A stretch of 64,000 bases of DNA from contig CAWGPQ010000011.1 in NCBI GenBank assembly GCA_963824495.1, positions 64,001 through 128,000 of the forward strand, in the 5' to 3' direction. The DNA is from an uncultured bacterium. Its GTDB lineage: Bacteria; Babelota; Babeliae; Babelales; Babelaceae. The number at the start of each line of letters is the position of its first letter. Within the stretch, counting starts at the first letter, position 1. The translations under genes were made by a program, and so were the position numbers. The notes beneath the pieces were generated by a model. That model made no database searches and had not been told where the DNA came from. It worked only from the letters and a program-made list of their open reading frames with translations. Positions 1 through 10,721 of the stretch are shown one piece after another.

Positions 1-323
1 TTACGCGCAGCATCGGCGATATCGTTATGTCCCTGAGCACCTGCTTCTTTTTCTATCGATACTAAAGCATTTCTGTGAACTATTTTAAGATCACCATAGG
101 GAAATACATAATAACGCATGCTTTCGGGCTCTTGGTTAGTATCAATACCTAAAAACCACTGGCCATATTCTTGTACATAGTGTGTTTCAATAAATTTGTC
201 TTGTTCATCAAGCGTGGCGCGGTGTTCGTTCCAATTCCATTGCTTGCCGTGCTCAACGCTTTTTCCTTCTTTGATAAGCTTTTGTGCATGCAGATAACCG
301 CGACTATTAAGCAGTATCGCCAT
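1..323 (-). CDS. Conserved hypothetical protein, truncated at window edge (not in ORF track)
   Basis: Manual translation from ATG at 323 with GAGGGG RBS: MAILLNSRGYLHAQKLIKEG...EYGQWFLGID...YYVFPYGDLKIVHRNALVSIEKEAGAQGHNDIADAAR; frame stays open to the window edge. Confidence 0.8.
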   Translation of the reverse strand, partial: MAILLNSRGYLHAQKLIKEGKSVEHGKQWNWNEHRATLDEQDKFIETHYVQEYGQWFLGIDTNQEPESMRYYVFPYGDLKIVHRNALVSIEKEAGAQGHNDIADAAR

Positions 324-573
324 AGTGTTCCCCTCACGTGTGAGATAGCCTGTCTGTTTTTTATAGTAGCTTATAGCGTACAGAGCAACAAAATCAACAG
401 ATTATAGTATGGCTCAAAAATATCTCTACTTTGTCAATTGTAAGCTTAAAAGATGCTTATTTGGTTGATAATTAAAATAACTAAATAATACTGTTGTTTT
501 TTAAGCACATTTGCATATAAAGTAGTACTAATATATTGAGCTATTGATCTGATGATACAAAGGGGGGGCAGCG

Positions 574-1545
574 ATGGCCGGCGTAGGAATCGCTCGACAT
601 ATAACAGTACTTATTGTATTGGTGATGGTAGGAGAGTTCTGTGTTGCACAGCCCAAAAAATGGTGCAAAGAGTTCCCACGGCATCCCATTAATAATATAG
701 CACATCTTTCTACTACGTATGAAAAAATAACGGTATATATTCATGGTAGTCTTCCGCCACCTCTCTCAAGCTTGGCGCGCCTTATTGCACCAAAAACACC
801 TTATGGCCTCGTACCGGCACGTCAAATACCTCAACGGTGTTCACATAGTAGAGTTGGCCATGTACTGCATAAGGCCTGTCCTGAAAGATTCCCTCTGGAT
901 TCATTCTATCTTTTTGGCTGGTCAGGTACTTTAAGCTTTGAGGCGCGGGAAGAAGCTGCTGAAGAACTCTATTTAGGGCTAAGAGGTTATCGAGGGAAAA
1001 TAGATATTGTAGCTATCAGTCATGGTGGCAATGTTGCGCTTAATCTAGAAAAAATAGCTGAAAAGTATAATGATCAAGAATTTTGTATTGATACGCTCAT
1101 TTTGTTAGCAACCCCTGTGCAAAAAGCAACAGAACAGTATGTACAATCTGCTCTATTTAAAAGTGTTTTTTCTTTTTACTCATGTGGTGATCTTTTTCAA
1201 GTGGTCGATCCACAAGGTCTGTATAAAAATGGTAAAAAGCTTGAAGATACATCGGTGCCACTTTTTTCTGATCGAATTTTTCCCCCTGCTCCTAATATTA
1301 TACAAACGCGTTTATTTATTAGTAAGCGCAATCCCTATCATATAGATTTTGCTATGAAAAAGTTTTACAAGAATTTACCTGCCTTGCTTGAGTTGCTTGA
1401 AACCTCTCGGCATAATGCCCTTATTGACAATAACATGGGAACTTTTTCAGTTAACATACCCCCAAAAAATGGCTGCCCTCATTTTTGGGTCAAAACTTAC
1501 TGTAGTTGTACAGGTAAATCTTGCCAAGAAAGAGGTGCCAGATGA
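574..1545 (+). CDS. Putative secreted alpha/beta-hydrolase-fold protein
   Basis: N-terminal hydrophobic signal; YIHG motif and nucleophile-elbow-like DIVAISHGGNVAL; LILLATP. Confidence 0.65.
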   Translation: MAGVGIARHITVLIVLVMVGEFCVAQPKKWCKEFPRHPINNIAHLSTTYEKITVYIHGSLPPPLSSLARLIAPKTPYGLVPARQIPQRCSHSRVGHVLHKACPERFPLDSFYLFGWSGTLSFEAREEAAEELYLGLRGYRGKIDIVAISHGGNVALNLEKIAEKYNDQEFCIDTLILLATPVQKATEQYVQSALFKSVFSFYSCGDLFQVVDPQGLYKNGKKLEDTSVPLFSDRIFPPAPNIIQTRLFISKRNPYHIDFAMKKFYKNLPALLELLETSRHNALIDNNMGTFSVNIPPKNGCPHFWVKTYCSCTGKSCQERGAR

Positions 1546-1985
1546 AAGTTATACGTAGCATTGTGCTGGGCATTAGTTATGGTGCATTCGCGATAGCTTC
1601 AGCTCAGCAAGAGATAGACTGGATTAACGTGGGCCATGTAATTACTAGTGAATCCAATGGTAGAATTGCTCAACTTGAGTTGCCTGGAAAAACATGTTTG
1701 CCTTATAGTATTATAGATGCTCGACTTTACTATACTGATGATGCCAGTATATTGCCTGCACAAGTAAGCTTGGGCAGAAAAGATGATCAGGTAGATATGC
1801 ATCGTCCACCCCATGGCGGTGTTTTTATTGGCAAAGTTCATCTAGCGCCGCATGAAGCTTGTACATTAAGCACGCCGGGTAAATTATTTGATACCTATTT
1901 TGTGTTCCAGGATTTTGAAGATGCTTATGCAAACCCTTCAATTACACAACAAAGAGGCTTTACTGGTCAGCCTGGCACGTATTAA
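1542..1985 (+). CDS. Hypothetical secreted protein
   Basis: ATG at 1542 overlaps the upstream stop (ATGA); signal peptide MKVIRSIVLGISYGAFAIASA. Confidence 0.6.
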   Translation: MKVIRSIVLGISYGAFAIASAQQEIDWINVGHVITSESNGRIAQLELPGKTCLPYSIIDARLYYTDDASILPAQVSLGRKDDQVDMHRPPHGGVFIGKVHLAPHEACTLSTPGKLFDTYFVFQDFEDAYANPSITQQRGFTGQPGTY

Positions 1986-3819
1986 CTTTTTTTAACTCAT
2001 TTGTAGTGAGCGTGAGTGCCCCTAGAAGATCCTTGATTTGCGGGTCTGCAAGTTCAGCCTGATTGGATTTTTCTTTACGAGTTTCATTGACTAATAATCT
2101 TATTTCTCTAATCGTTAATTCCAAAAGAAGCTTTAATGGAGCGAGCGGCATACGCTGAGCTCCATCAAGTATGCGTTTTACTGCAGCAGTATACTCTGGC
2201 CGTTCTTTTTGCTGTTCAAAGAATAAGAGAGAAATATCAGTATCTGACATCTTATGCTTTTGATATACGACTTTACCCAAAAGTCTTTCTACAAGAACAG
2301 GATTGCTTGTACCACCAATGCTATGCATGGAGCATATTGCTAGCAGATAGGATGCTCTATGATCATTTCCTTGATCTCCAGCACGAAGTAACTGCATCCC
2401 CTCTTGTATCTTACGGGCGTCTTTTTCTTGAATTAACAAATATCCTAAATCATACGGCGAACCTGGTATATTTTGCTCAATGGATTCACGTAAAAAGAGT
2501 TCCAATTCAGTCAATCTGCCCGCTAACCTATAACAACGACCGAGCAAGTACCGTGAATCTTTATAGTTAGTATCAGCCAAAGGTATTAACTGCTCGATTG
2601 CTTGTGTGTAGTCGTTTTTTGCTATGTACGATAAGCTGAGCAGATAGTGAGCTTTAATATTCTGGGTCAATGCTGTATCTTCAAGCAAAGATATGGCATT
2701 ATCATAATGTTTATCGGTATAGAGAGATTGAGCGTAATCTAAGAGTTCATCTACATTTCCAACTTGAGCAGCCATCTTAAAGTATTTCATAGCCTCAGAT
2801 ATACTTATCTTGCATCCAAAGCCATAGCCTAAGCAATTTCCTAATTTTTCGTATGCTTTACTACAGCCTAAATCTGCTGCTTGTTTAAAAAACTTTAGGC
2901 TTTGGGGCCGGTTATTTTCTAGGTCTATCCAAAGTTGAGCTAGATAGTATGCACCTTTACCTAAGTCTTCAGCTGGACCAGCAAGAGGCTTTTGATCAAA
3001 GGCATGGCAAAGCCATTTAAAAGCCTTCTTTTTTATTTTTCGTTCTTGAGAACTCTCATAATACCAAATACCTAGTTTTAACTGTGCCAAGCCATAGTTA
3101 TTACCGGCCATTTTTTTGAGTAAAGCTTGAGCTGCGCTATGATCCTGAGACATAGCTTTGTCGAGAGCATATATAGCTTGCTGTACATTATACTCCCTTT
3201 CGTTGTTAATACTCGGCTGTTTGCACAGTAGGAGTCCGAGGTTATACTGACCGTCCGGATCATTCTGTTCAGCTGACCATTCAAAGTACTTTAAGGCGAT
3301 ATCCGGATTACTTGTGGTAAATGCACAGCCTAGATTATTAAGTGCTTGTCCATATCCAGGACGCTGTAGGTCTGGGTAAAGAATTTTTTCGGCAAGCATT
3401 TCTTTCCACCAATAACAGGCTATGTCGAGCTGTCCGCGCTCATAATACATTACGCCGGTGGCGTATTGAGCACGATGATTCCCCATGCCTGCTGAAGCTA
3501 GTAGAAATTTGAGTGCTTTGGATTGGTCTTCGCTTACGCCATGGCCTAAGAGATGTGATATACCAAGCGTATAAATGCTTTCTTTGTCACCTCCAAAAGC
3601 TTGAGCTTCAATCATTTTAAGCTGATGATTATTATAGAAAGCCGGCGAAGCTGCTTGATCAACGTTTCCTATAATACGGGGCCCAAGACTATAATTACTC
3701 TCGTCAATAAATTTTTTAAGGCTTGGCTGCATAGAAAGCAAACAGGTATATTTACCTCCATAAGCAAAAGATATACTAAGAAAAATAAGTAACGATTGAG
3801 AGTTGCGTATGATTATCAT
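1960..3819 (-). CDS. Sel1-like/TPR repeat protein with signal peptide
   Basis: Repeats such as AQYATGVMY, GQYNLGLLL, AQLKLGIWYY, AYEKLGNCLGYGFG. Confidence 0.85.
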   Translation of the reverse strand: MIIIRNSQSLLIFLSISFAYGGKYTCLLSMQPSLKKFIDESNYSLGPRIIGNVDQAASPAFYNNHQLKMIEAQAFGGDKESIYTLGISHLLGHGVSEDQSKALKFLLASAGMGNHRAQYATGVMYYERGQLDIACYWWKEMLAEKILYPDLQRPGYGQALNNLGCAFTTSNPDIALKYFEWSAEQNDPDGQYNLGLLLCKQPSINNEREYNVQQAIYALDKAMSQDHSAAQALLKKMAGNNYGLAQLKLGIWYYESSQERKIKKKAFKWLCHAFDQKPLAGPAEDLGKGAYYLAQLWIDLENNRPQSLKFFKQAADLGCSKAYEKLGNCLGYGFGCKISISEAMKYFKMAAQVGNVDELLDYAQSLYTDKHYDNAISLLEDTALTQNIKAHYLLSLSYIAKNDYTQAIEQLIPLADTNYKDSRYLLGRCYRLAGRLTELELFLRESIEQNIPGSPYDLGYLLIQEKDARKIQEGMQLLRAGDQGNDHRASYLLAICSMHSIGGTSNPVLVERLLGKVVYQKHKMSDTDISLLFFEQQKERPEYTAAVKRILDGAQRMPLAPLKLLLELTIREIRLLVNETRKEKSNQAELADPQIKDLLGALTLTTNELKKVNTCQADQ

Positions 3820-3940
3820 GGTAAAACACTAAGCGCTGCATCAATAAGAATTTGATTTTTAATAGTTATCAGATACTACTATACTATAAATATCAAAAAC
3901 CTTGAAGATTACTTGATTCTGAAAATATCGCTCATGTGTA

Positions 3941-4636
3941 TTACCAAGGTATCGGCTTGCCTTCATACGTAAAAAAGAATTGATCCAAAGAGATTGGTTG
4001 TTCAGCAATAACTTTTCTCAGGCCGCTTACGCTTGTGGTAACATCAATGGGAGCTTCAGCGCCGCCGAGTGCAGTTCTTACCCATCCTGGATGAAGAAGA
4101 ATGAGCCTTATTCCTCTGTCTTGTGTAGTAAGCGCAATGTTTTTCATAATCATATTGAGTGCTGTCTTGCCCGTACGATAGGCATAACTTCCATCATCTT
4201 TATTAAGCGCAATGCTGCTCATGATAGTACTGACCGTAGCAATAGTCTTCAGCTTGCTATCCGTTACGTGGTCAAGAAAGGCACGTGTTACTAAGAGTGG
4301 GCCGAGTGCATTGGTTAAAAAAAGCCGCTGCATAGTATCTATGCTAACGGTCTGAAGCTCTTGGTCTTTTTCATTAACATTAATACCTGCGTTGTTAATA
4401 AGAACATCAATGGCTTCGCCTGCGAGCTTGTGTGCTGCATTAAGAACTTCTTTTTCATGGGTGATATCTAATGGTATGAGCGTAACCTGCCCATTATGTG
4501 CAGCTAGTTGTCGTAAGTCATCAATATTGCCTGCTGGAAAATATGCAGCAAAAACTCGCCATCCAGCAGCTGCATATTGACGTGCAAATTCTAACCCTAT
4601 GCCGCTATTTGTCCCTGTTATAAGTACCGTTGGCAT
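3941..4636 (-). CDS. Short-chain dehydrogenase/reductase (C-factor/CsgA-like)
   Basis: TGTNSGIG, LINNAG, YRTGK, LHPGWVRT motifs; AGGAG RBS. Confidence 0.92.
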   Translation of the reverse strand: MPTVLITGTNSGIGLEFARQYAAAGWRVFAAYFPAGNIDDLRQLAAHNGQVTLIPLDITHEKEVLNAAHKLAGEAIDVLINNAGINVNEKDQELQTVSIDTMQRLFLTNALGPLLVTRAFLDHVTDSKLKTIATVSTIMSSIALNKDDGSYAYRTGKTALNMIMKNIALTTQDRGIRLILLHPGWVRTALGGAEAPIDVTTSVSGLRKVIAEQPISLDQFFFTYEGKPIPW

Positions 4637-4680
4637 AATTAATATCTCCTATTAATTATTTTAATATGTTTCTATTTTTA

Positions 4681-4710
4681 ATTATGACATAAATGTGACA
4701 AGGTAAGCAA
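4681..4710 (-). promoter_or_regulatory. Sigma70-like promoter of the SDR gene, similar to the ankyrin-cassette promoters
   Basis: TTGCTT-18 nt-CATAAT with TGn extended -10, followed by TAAAAATAGAAA. Confidence 0.55.
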
Positions 4711-4774
4711 GAGATTGTGCACATTATTTATAGGATAACCAGCATAATAGCGATTGTAATTATAGGTATCGAGC

Positions 4775-5389
4775 TTAAGAGGACGATTCCGATGGAGGTA
4801 TATGGCCGGGAGCCAGAGCAAATTGGGCAATTATGTCAGCTATCTCAGGCGGAAGAGGTTGCTGCTGACCTGCTGGTTGCCATGCAAACTCCCCGACTCG
4901 ACCTGCTCGTGATATTCTGCCAAATACAACTCTGCCAGCTTCTCTTTCTAAGAATGCAGCAACATCAGGGTGATAATATCTATAGGCAAGGGTGATAGGT
5001 ACATCACCGTTCGCATTAGCAAGAGCAGGGTTAGCACCACGTGCCATCAAAAGTTGAACTGTACTTAGCTTGCCATTACGAGCTGCCAAGTGTAACGGAG
5101 TGTTACCCTCTGCATTTTGTAGGTTAATATTTGCACCATGATCAAGTAATAGTTTTACGACATCGTCTTGTTGCTGCCCATATAAGAGCAGTGGCAGTAT
5201 TGCCATATTTATCGACATAATTAACATCAGCACCAGCGTTGAGTGCAGTTTCTACTGCTTGGGGGTCGCCAGCTTCGACTGCTCTTCGTAATTTAAAGCT
5301 GGCGGGATTAGTTGGCTCTTGGACTTGCATAGACTCTAAGGACATAGCGTGAGATAATGATAGGCCAATCTTGTAATATTTTTAATCAC
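4775..5389 (-). pseudogene. ANK-1: collapsed copy of the secreted ankyrin family
   Basis: 10-bp deletion in the signal peptide at an AATC repeat (5367-5370) relative to ANK-4; first repeat fused out of frame (~5170) to the constant block; tail LPPEIADIIAQF retained. Confidence 0.85.
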
Positions 5390-5769
5390 AGTCTGTCCAT
5401 TCCTATTTATTAGCTATTAACTTTATTTTTAATTATTGCATAAATATAGCAAGATAGTCAAGAAATAAAATGCAAAAAATTACCTCACAAGATGATAAAG
5501 CTTTATAGTCGAGCTAAAAAAGCTGCTGAGTTTTCGGGCAATCGCCTGTGCTGATTGAATCTTATTTGACGCTCGGATGGGCTGCGGGCCGAATCAACCT
5601 GGCCAAATAAGAAAGACAATTCATGATAAAGTTAAACAATTACAGGATATAACATGTATGTCTTGCAAATATCTCTTGTCTATGTATAAAAGCTTTAATT
5701 GAGCAAGACGTAATTAATCATTTTTTCTTACTACCGAAACATACTTGTGCTAATAAGCCAAGAAACTTA
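5390..5769 (-). repeat. Spacer U2 (~380 bp), full copy
   Basis: Near-identical inverted copies at 35248-35627 and 36683-37060. Confidence 0.9.
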
Positions 5770-7332
5770 CTAGCGTGACCCTGATGGAGGTATATGGCCG
5801 GCGGCCTGAGCAAACTGGGCAATTTGTCTCGCAACTTCAGGCGGAAGAAGCTCACCACCTGTAGGCTGCCATGCAAAGCCTCCTCTACGACCTAATTGTG
5901 ACACTCTACCAAACACAGCACGACCAGCTTCTCTTGCTAATAAGTCAACAATAGCAGAACGATGGTATTGCCGGGCGAGAGCTAGAGGAGTCTGACCTTG
6001 TCGGTTAACAATAGTAGCATTAGCACCACGTGCAAGTAAGAGTCTAACGGTAGTTAAATTACCGTTGCGAGCTGCTAAATGTAACGGTGTATTACCCTCT
6101 GCATTTTGTAGGTTAATATTTGCACCAAGATCAAGTAATAGTTTTACGATATCGTCATGTCCTTGAGCAGCAGCCCAATGTAATGCTGTCATACCATGAC
6201 TATCTTGATGGTTAATGTTAATTTGAGGGGGTATCATTGGGGGCAGTATGGCATAAGAAGCAAGCAGCTTACGCAACTGAGCAAGCAATGGCTCTGCTTG
6301 CGGTAGAGTGGAAAGTAATTCTACCACGTGCTTAGTATCTCCCCGGGCTGCTGCATAAGCAAGCTCGTTGCCTTCAAATACAGCACTTAAAGCTTGTAAG
6401 ACGCGTTGTTTTAGGTTGCCAGCGTTTGGTATTCTTGCTCCATGCTCTATGAGCACTCGAGCAGTTGCCAGTAGTCTGGGTCTAGATGAAGCAATGGTTA
6501 TCGACTTTAAAAGAGTAGACATAAGGATAGTGTTACCACCACTATCTACGCGATTAACATCAGCACCATGCTCTATAAGTAACTCAACTACGTTTCTATG
6601 TCCATTTATAGCTGCCTCCCCAAGAGCAGTATTACCATAATGAGGTGTATAATTAACATCAGCTCCATATTCTATAAGTAATCTAACTGTATCTGTATGT
6701 CCACCACGAGCTGCAGCCATAAGAGCAGTTTGCCCATACCTATCAGCACGATTAACATCAGCACCATGCTCTATAAGCACTCTAACTATATCTGTATATC
6801 GCCCTGGCCCTGCAGCTGCCAACATAAGGGCAGTATTATCATCATTATTAGCACGATTAACATCAGCACCATGCTCTATAAGCAATCTAACTGTTTCTGT
6901 CTTTCCATAACCAGCTGCCAAGATAAGAGCAGTATAACCATCACTGTCAGCATGATTAACATCAGCACCATATTTTATAAGTAATCTAACTATCTCTATA
7001 CGCCCATTTAGAGCTGCGAGTGAAAGAGCAGTATCACCTTTACTATTGGTATGATTAACATCAGCACTGTGCTCTATTAAGTATTGAACTACTTGGGTCT
7101 CTCCCCTCATGGTTTCCACTATGAGAGCAGTATAGCCAAGAGTATCAGCGTAATTAACATCAGCACCAGCATTGAGTGCAGCTTCAACTTCTTCAGCATT
7201 TCCATTATAGGCTGCATTTATCAATTCTTGATTGGCAGGGTTTGCTGGTCCTTGTACGTGCATACACTCTAAGAGCAGAACATTAGATAACGACAAGCCA
7301 ATCATGAGTAATTTTATAGCAACTTTAATCAT
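5770..7332 (-). CDS. ANK-2: secreted ankyrin repeat protein with F-box-like tail
   Basis: Signal MIKVAIKLLMIGLSLSNVLLLECM; repeated GADVN..G.TAL..AA units; tail LPPEVARQIAQF. Confidence 0.92.
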   Translation of the reverse strand: MIKVAIKLLMIGLSLSNVLLLECMHVQGPANPANQELINAAYNGNAEEVEAALNAGADVNYADTLGYTALIVETMRGETQVVQYLIEHSADVNHTNSKGDTALSLAALNGRIEIVRLLIKYGADVNHADSDGYTALILAAGYGKTETVRLLIEHGADVNRANNDDNTALMLAAAGPGRYTDIVRVLIEHGADVNRADRYGQTALMAAARGGHTDTVRLLIEYGADVNYTPHYGNTALGEAAINGHRNVVELLIEHGADVNRVDSGGNTILMSTLLKSITIASSRPRLLATARVLIEHGARIPNAGNLKQRVLQALSAVFEGNELAYAAARGDTKHVVELLSTLPQAEPLLAQLRKLLASYAILPPMIPPQININHQDSHGMTALHWAAAQGHDDIVKLLLDLGANINLQNAEGNTPLHLAARNGNLTTVRLLLARGANATIVNRQGQTPLALARQYHRSAIVDLLAREAGRAVFGRVSQLGRRGGFAWQPTGGELLPPEVARQIAQFAQAAGHIPPSGSR

Positions 7333-7504
7333 ACTATAATTCTTTCCATTAAGATCTTATATTTCTATTTTTGATTATATCAAAAGCCAAGCAATATAAT
7401 CAATACTTTAACGATTTTTAACTTTGCATGCTTTAGGACATACTTTTGAGCACTGTTTGCTTAAGCTGCTTATCCTTGCCAATAGCTCACAGTATAGGTT
7501 ACTC
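7333..7504 (-). repeat. Spacer U1 (~172 bp)
   Basis: Near-identical to 9005-9177, 21455-21627, 22819-22990, 29599-29770, 34002-34173. Confidence 0.9.
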
Positions 7505-9004
7505 TCATGCTGACCCTGATGGAGGTATATGGCCGGCGGCCTGAGCAAACTGGGCAATTTGTCTCGCAACTTCAGGCGGAAGAAGCTCACCTGCAGGCTG
7601 CCATTCAAACTCTCCGACTCGACCTGCTCGTGATACTCTACCAAACACAGCACGACCAGCTTCTCTTGCTAATAAGTCAACAATAGCAGAACGATGGTAT
7701 TGCCGGGCGAGAGCTAGAGGAGTCTGACCTTGTCGGTTAACAATAGTAGCATTAGCACCACGTGCGAGTAAGAGTCTAACGGTAGTTAAATTACCGTTGC
7801 GAGCTGCTAAATGTAACGGTGTATTACCCTCTGCATTTTGTAGGTTAATATTTGCACCAAGATCAAGTAATAGTTTTACGATATCGTCATGTCCTTGAGC
7901 AGCAGCCCAATGTAACGCTGTCATACCATGACTATCTTGATGGTTAATAGTAAGTGGTTGAGCTTGCGGTAGAGTGGAAAGTAATTCTACCACGTGCTTA
8001 GTATCTCCCCGGGCTGCTGCATAAGCAAGCTCGTTGCCTTCAAATACAGCACTTAAAGCAGCACTTAAAGCTTGTAAGACGCGTTGTTTTAGGTTGCCAG
8101 CGTTTGGTATTCTTGCTCCATGCTCTATGAGCACTCGAGCAGTTGCCAGTAGTCTGGGTCTAGATGAAGCAATGGTTATCGACTTTAAAAGAGTAGACAT
8201 AAGGATAGTGTTACCACCACTATCTACGCGATTAACATCAGCACCATGCTCTATAAGTAACTCAACTACGTTTCTATGTCCATTTATAGCTGCCTCCCCA
8301 AGAGCAGTATTACCATAATGAGGTGTATAATTAACATCAGCTCCATATTCTATAAGTAATCTAACTGTATCTGTATGTCCACCACGAGCTGCAGCCATAA
8401 GAGCAGTTTGCCCATACCTATCAGCATGATTAACATCAGCACCATGCTCTATAAGCAATCTAACTGTTTCTGTCTTTCCATAACCAGCTGCCAACATAAG
8501 GGCAGTATTATCACCATTATTAGCACGATTAACATCAGCACCATGCTCTATGAGTAACTCAGCTGTGTTTCTACGTCCACCTCTAGCTGCCTCCATAAGA
8601 GCAGTATTGCCATAATTATCAGCATGATTAACATCAGCACCATATTTTATAAGTAATCTAACTATCTCTATGTAGCCATTTAGAGCTGCGAGTGAAAGAG
8701 CAGTATCACCTTCACTATTGGTATGATTAACATCAGCACTGTGCTCTATTAAGTATTGAACTACTTGGGTCTCTCCCCTCATGGTTTCCACTATGAGAGC
8801 AGTATAGCCAAGAGTATCAGCGTAATTAACGTCAGCACCAGCATTGAGTGCAGCTTCAACTTCTTCAGCATTTCCATTATAGGCTGCATTTATCAATTCT
8901 TGGTTGGCAGGGTTTGCTGGTCCTTGTACGTGCATACACTCTAAGAGCAGAACATTAGATAACGACAAGCCAATCATGAGTAATTTTATAGCAACTTTAA
9001 TCAT
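7505..9004 (-). CDS. ANK-3: secreted ankyrin repeat protein
   Basis: Same architecture as ANK-2 with rearranged internal repeats; 12-bp tandem duplication at 8047-8070 (ALSAALSA). Confidence 0.92.
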   Translation of the reverse strand: MIKVAIKLLMIGLSLSNVLLLECMHVQGPANPANQELINAAYNGNAEEVEAALNAGADVNYADTLGYTALIVETMRGETQVVQYLIEHSADVNHTNSEGDTALSLAALNGYIEIVRLLIKYGADVNHADNYGNTALMEAARGGRRNTAELLIEHGADVNRANNGDNTALMLAAGYGKTETVRLLIEHGADVNHADRYGQTALMAAARGGHTDTVRLLIEYGADVNYTPHYGNTALGEAAINGHRNVVELLIEHGADVNRVDSGGNTILMSTLLKSITIASSRPRLLATARVLIEHGARIPNAGNLKQRVLQALSAALSAVFEGNELAYAAARGDTKHVVELLSTLPQAQPLTINHQDSHGMTALHWAAAQGHDDIVKLLLDLGANINLQNAEGNTPLHLAARNGNLTTVRLLLARGANATIVNRQGQTPLALARQYHRSAIVDLLAREAGRAVFGRVSRAGRVGEFEWQPAGELLPPEVARQIAQFAQAAGHIPPSGSA

Positions 9005-9177
9005 ACTATAATTCTTTCCATTAAGATCTTATTATTTCTATTTTTGATTATATCAAAAGCCAAGCAATATAATCAATACTTTAACGATTTTTAACTCTGC
9101 ATGCTTTAGGACATACTTTTGAGCACTGTTTGCTTAAGCTGCTTATCCTTGCCAATAGCTCACAGTATAGGTTACTC
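9005..9177 (-). repeat. Spacer U1
   Basis: Matches other U1 copies. Confidence 0.9.
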
Positions 9178-10467
9178 TCACACTGACCCTGATGGAGGTA
9201 TATGGCCGGCGGCCTGAGCAAACTGGGCAATTTGTCTCGCAACTTCAGGCGGAAGAAGCTCACCACCTGTAGGCTGCCATGCAAAGCCTCCTCTACGACC
9301 TAATTGTGACACTCTACCAAACACAGCACGACCTGCTTGTGCTTCTAAGAAAGCGACAACATTAGGATGATGATACCTATAGGCAAGAGCCAAAGCAGTC
9401 TGACCTTGTCGGTTAACAACAGTAGCATTAGCGCCACGCGCAAGTAACAGTCTAACGGTACTCAAGTTGCCATTACGAGCTGCTAAGTGTAACGGTGTAT
9501 TACCCTGTGCATTTTGTAGATCAATATTTGCACCAAACTCAAGTAATAGTTTTATTATATCGTCATGTCCTTGAGCAGCAGCCCAATGTAACGCTGTTAT
9601 ACCATGACTATCTTGACGATTAATAGTAATAGAAGGTATTATTGGTGGTAGTATGGCATAAGAAGCAAGCAGCTTATGCAACCGAGCAAGCAACGATTTG
9701 GCCTGAGGTGATTGTGGTTGAGCCTGGGGTAAAGTAGAAAGTAGTCCTACTACAAGCTTAGTATTACCCAGAGCTGCTGCATAAGCGAGTGGGTTGCCCT
9801 CAAATATAGCATTTAAAACTCGCCTTACGGCTTGCTCTGCATTAGGAGCGTTAGGAAAACTTTGAGGAAACCTTTGAAGCTCTTCTTCAGTTGGTATTGT
9901 TGCTCCATGCTCTATAAGTAATCCAGCTATATCAGCACGCCGCCTAGCCAGTGCCCATATAAGTGGAGTCTTGCCATCATTATTAGCACGATTAACATCA
10001 GCGTTATGATCTATAAGAATTCTAATTATATCAACATGTCCCTCCCTGGCGGCTAATGTAAGGGCAGTACTGCCATGGACATTAGCACGATTAACATCAG
10101 CACCATTCTGCAAGAGCAATATCACTATATCTTCATGTCCACCTCTAGCTGCCTCCATAAGAGCAGTATAGCCAGTATTATTTGCATAATTAACATCAGC
10201 CTTATGCGCTATAAGTAGTCTAACTATATCTGTATGTCCATTTAGGGCTGCCCACATAAGGGCAGTATAGCCAGCATTATCGACATAATTAACATCGGCA
10301 CCAGCGTTGAGTGCAGCTTCTACTGCTTGGGGGTCGCCAGCTTCGACTGCTCTTTGTAATTTAAAGCTGGCGGGGTTAGTTGGCTCTTGGACTTGCATAG
10401 ACTCTAAGGACATAGCGTGAGATAATGATAGGCCAATCAGGAGTAATCTTGTAATAATTTTAATCAC
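9178..10467 (-). CDS. ANK-4: secreted ankyrin repeat protein, second signal-peptide type
   Basis: GTG start, MIKIITRLLLIGLSLSHAMSLESM; long linker insert; tail LPPEVARQIAQF. Confidence 0.92.
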   Translation of the reverse strand: MIKIITRLLLIGLSLSHAMSLESMQVQEPTNPASFKLQRAVEAGDPQAVEAALNAGADVNYVDNAGYTALMWAALNGHTDIVRLLIAHKADVNYANNTGYTALMEAARGGHEDIVILLLQNGADVNRANVHGSTALTLAAREGHVDIIRILIDHNADVNRANNDGKTPLIWALARRRADIAGLLIEHGATIPTEEELQRFPQSFPNAPNAEQAVRRVLNAIFEGNPLAYAAALGNTKLVVGLLSTLPQAQPQSPQAKSLLARLHKLLASYAILPPIIPSITINRQDSHGITALHWAAAQGHDDIIKLLLEFGANIDLQNAQGNTPLHLAARNGNLSTVRLLLARGANATVVNRQGQTALALAYRYHHPNVVAFLEAQAGRAVFGRVSQLGRRGGFAWQPTGGELLPPEVARQIAQFAQAAGHIPPSGSV

Positions 10468-10688
10468 AGTCTGCCCATTTCTATTTATTAGCTATTAACT
10501 TTATTTTTAATTATTGCATAAATATAGCAAGATAGTCAAGAAATAAAATGCAAAAAATTACCCCACAAGATGATAAAGCTTTATAGTCGAGCTAAAAAAG
10601 CTGCTAAATTTTCGAGCAATCACCTGTGCTGATTGAATCTTATTTGACGCTCAGATGGGCTGCGGGCCAAATAAAGTTAAATAATTAC
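10468..10688 (-). repeat. Spacer U2, promoter-proximal part only
   Basis: Aligns with 5390-5643 with two small deletions at GGCC and ATAA repeats; similarity stops at ATAATTAC (10688). Confidence 0.85.
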
Positions 10689-10721
10689 GTGAGCCTACTG
10701 CACATCCAGTGCTCATTGTTT

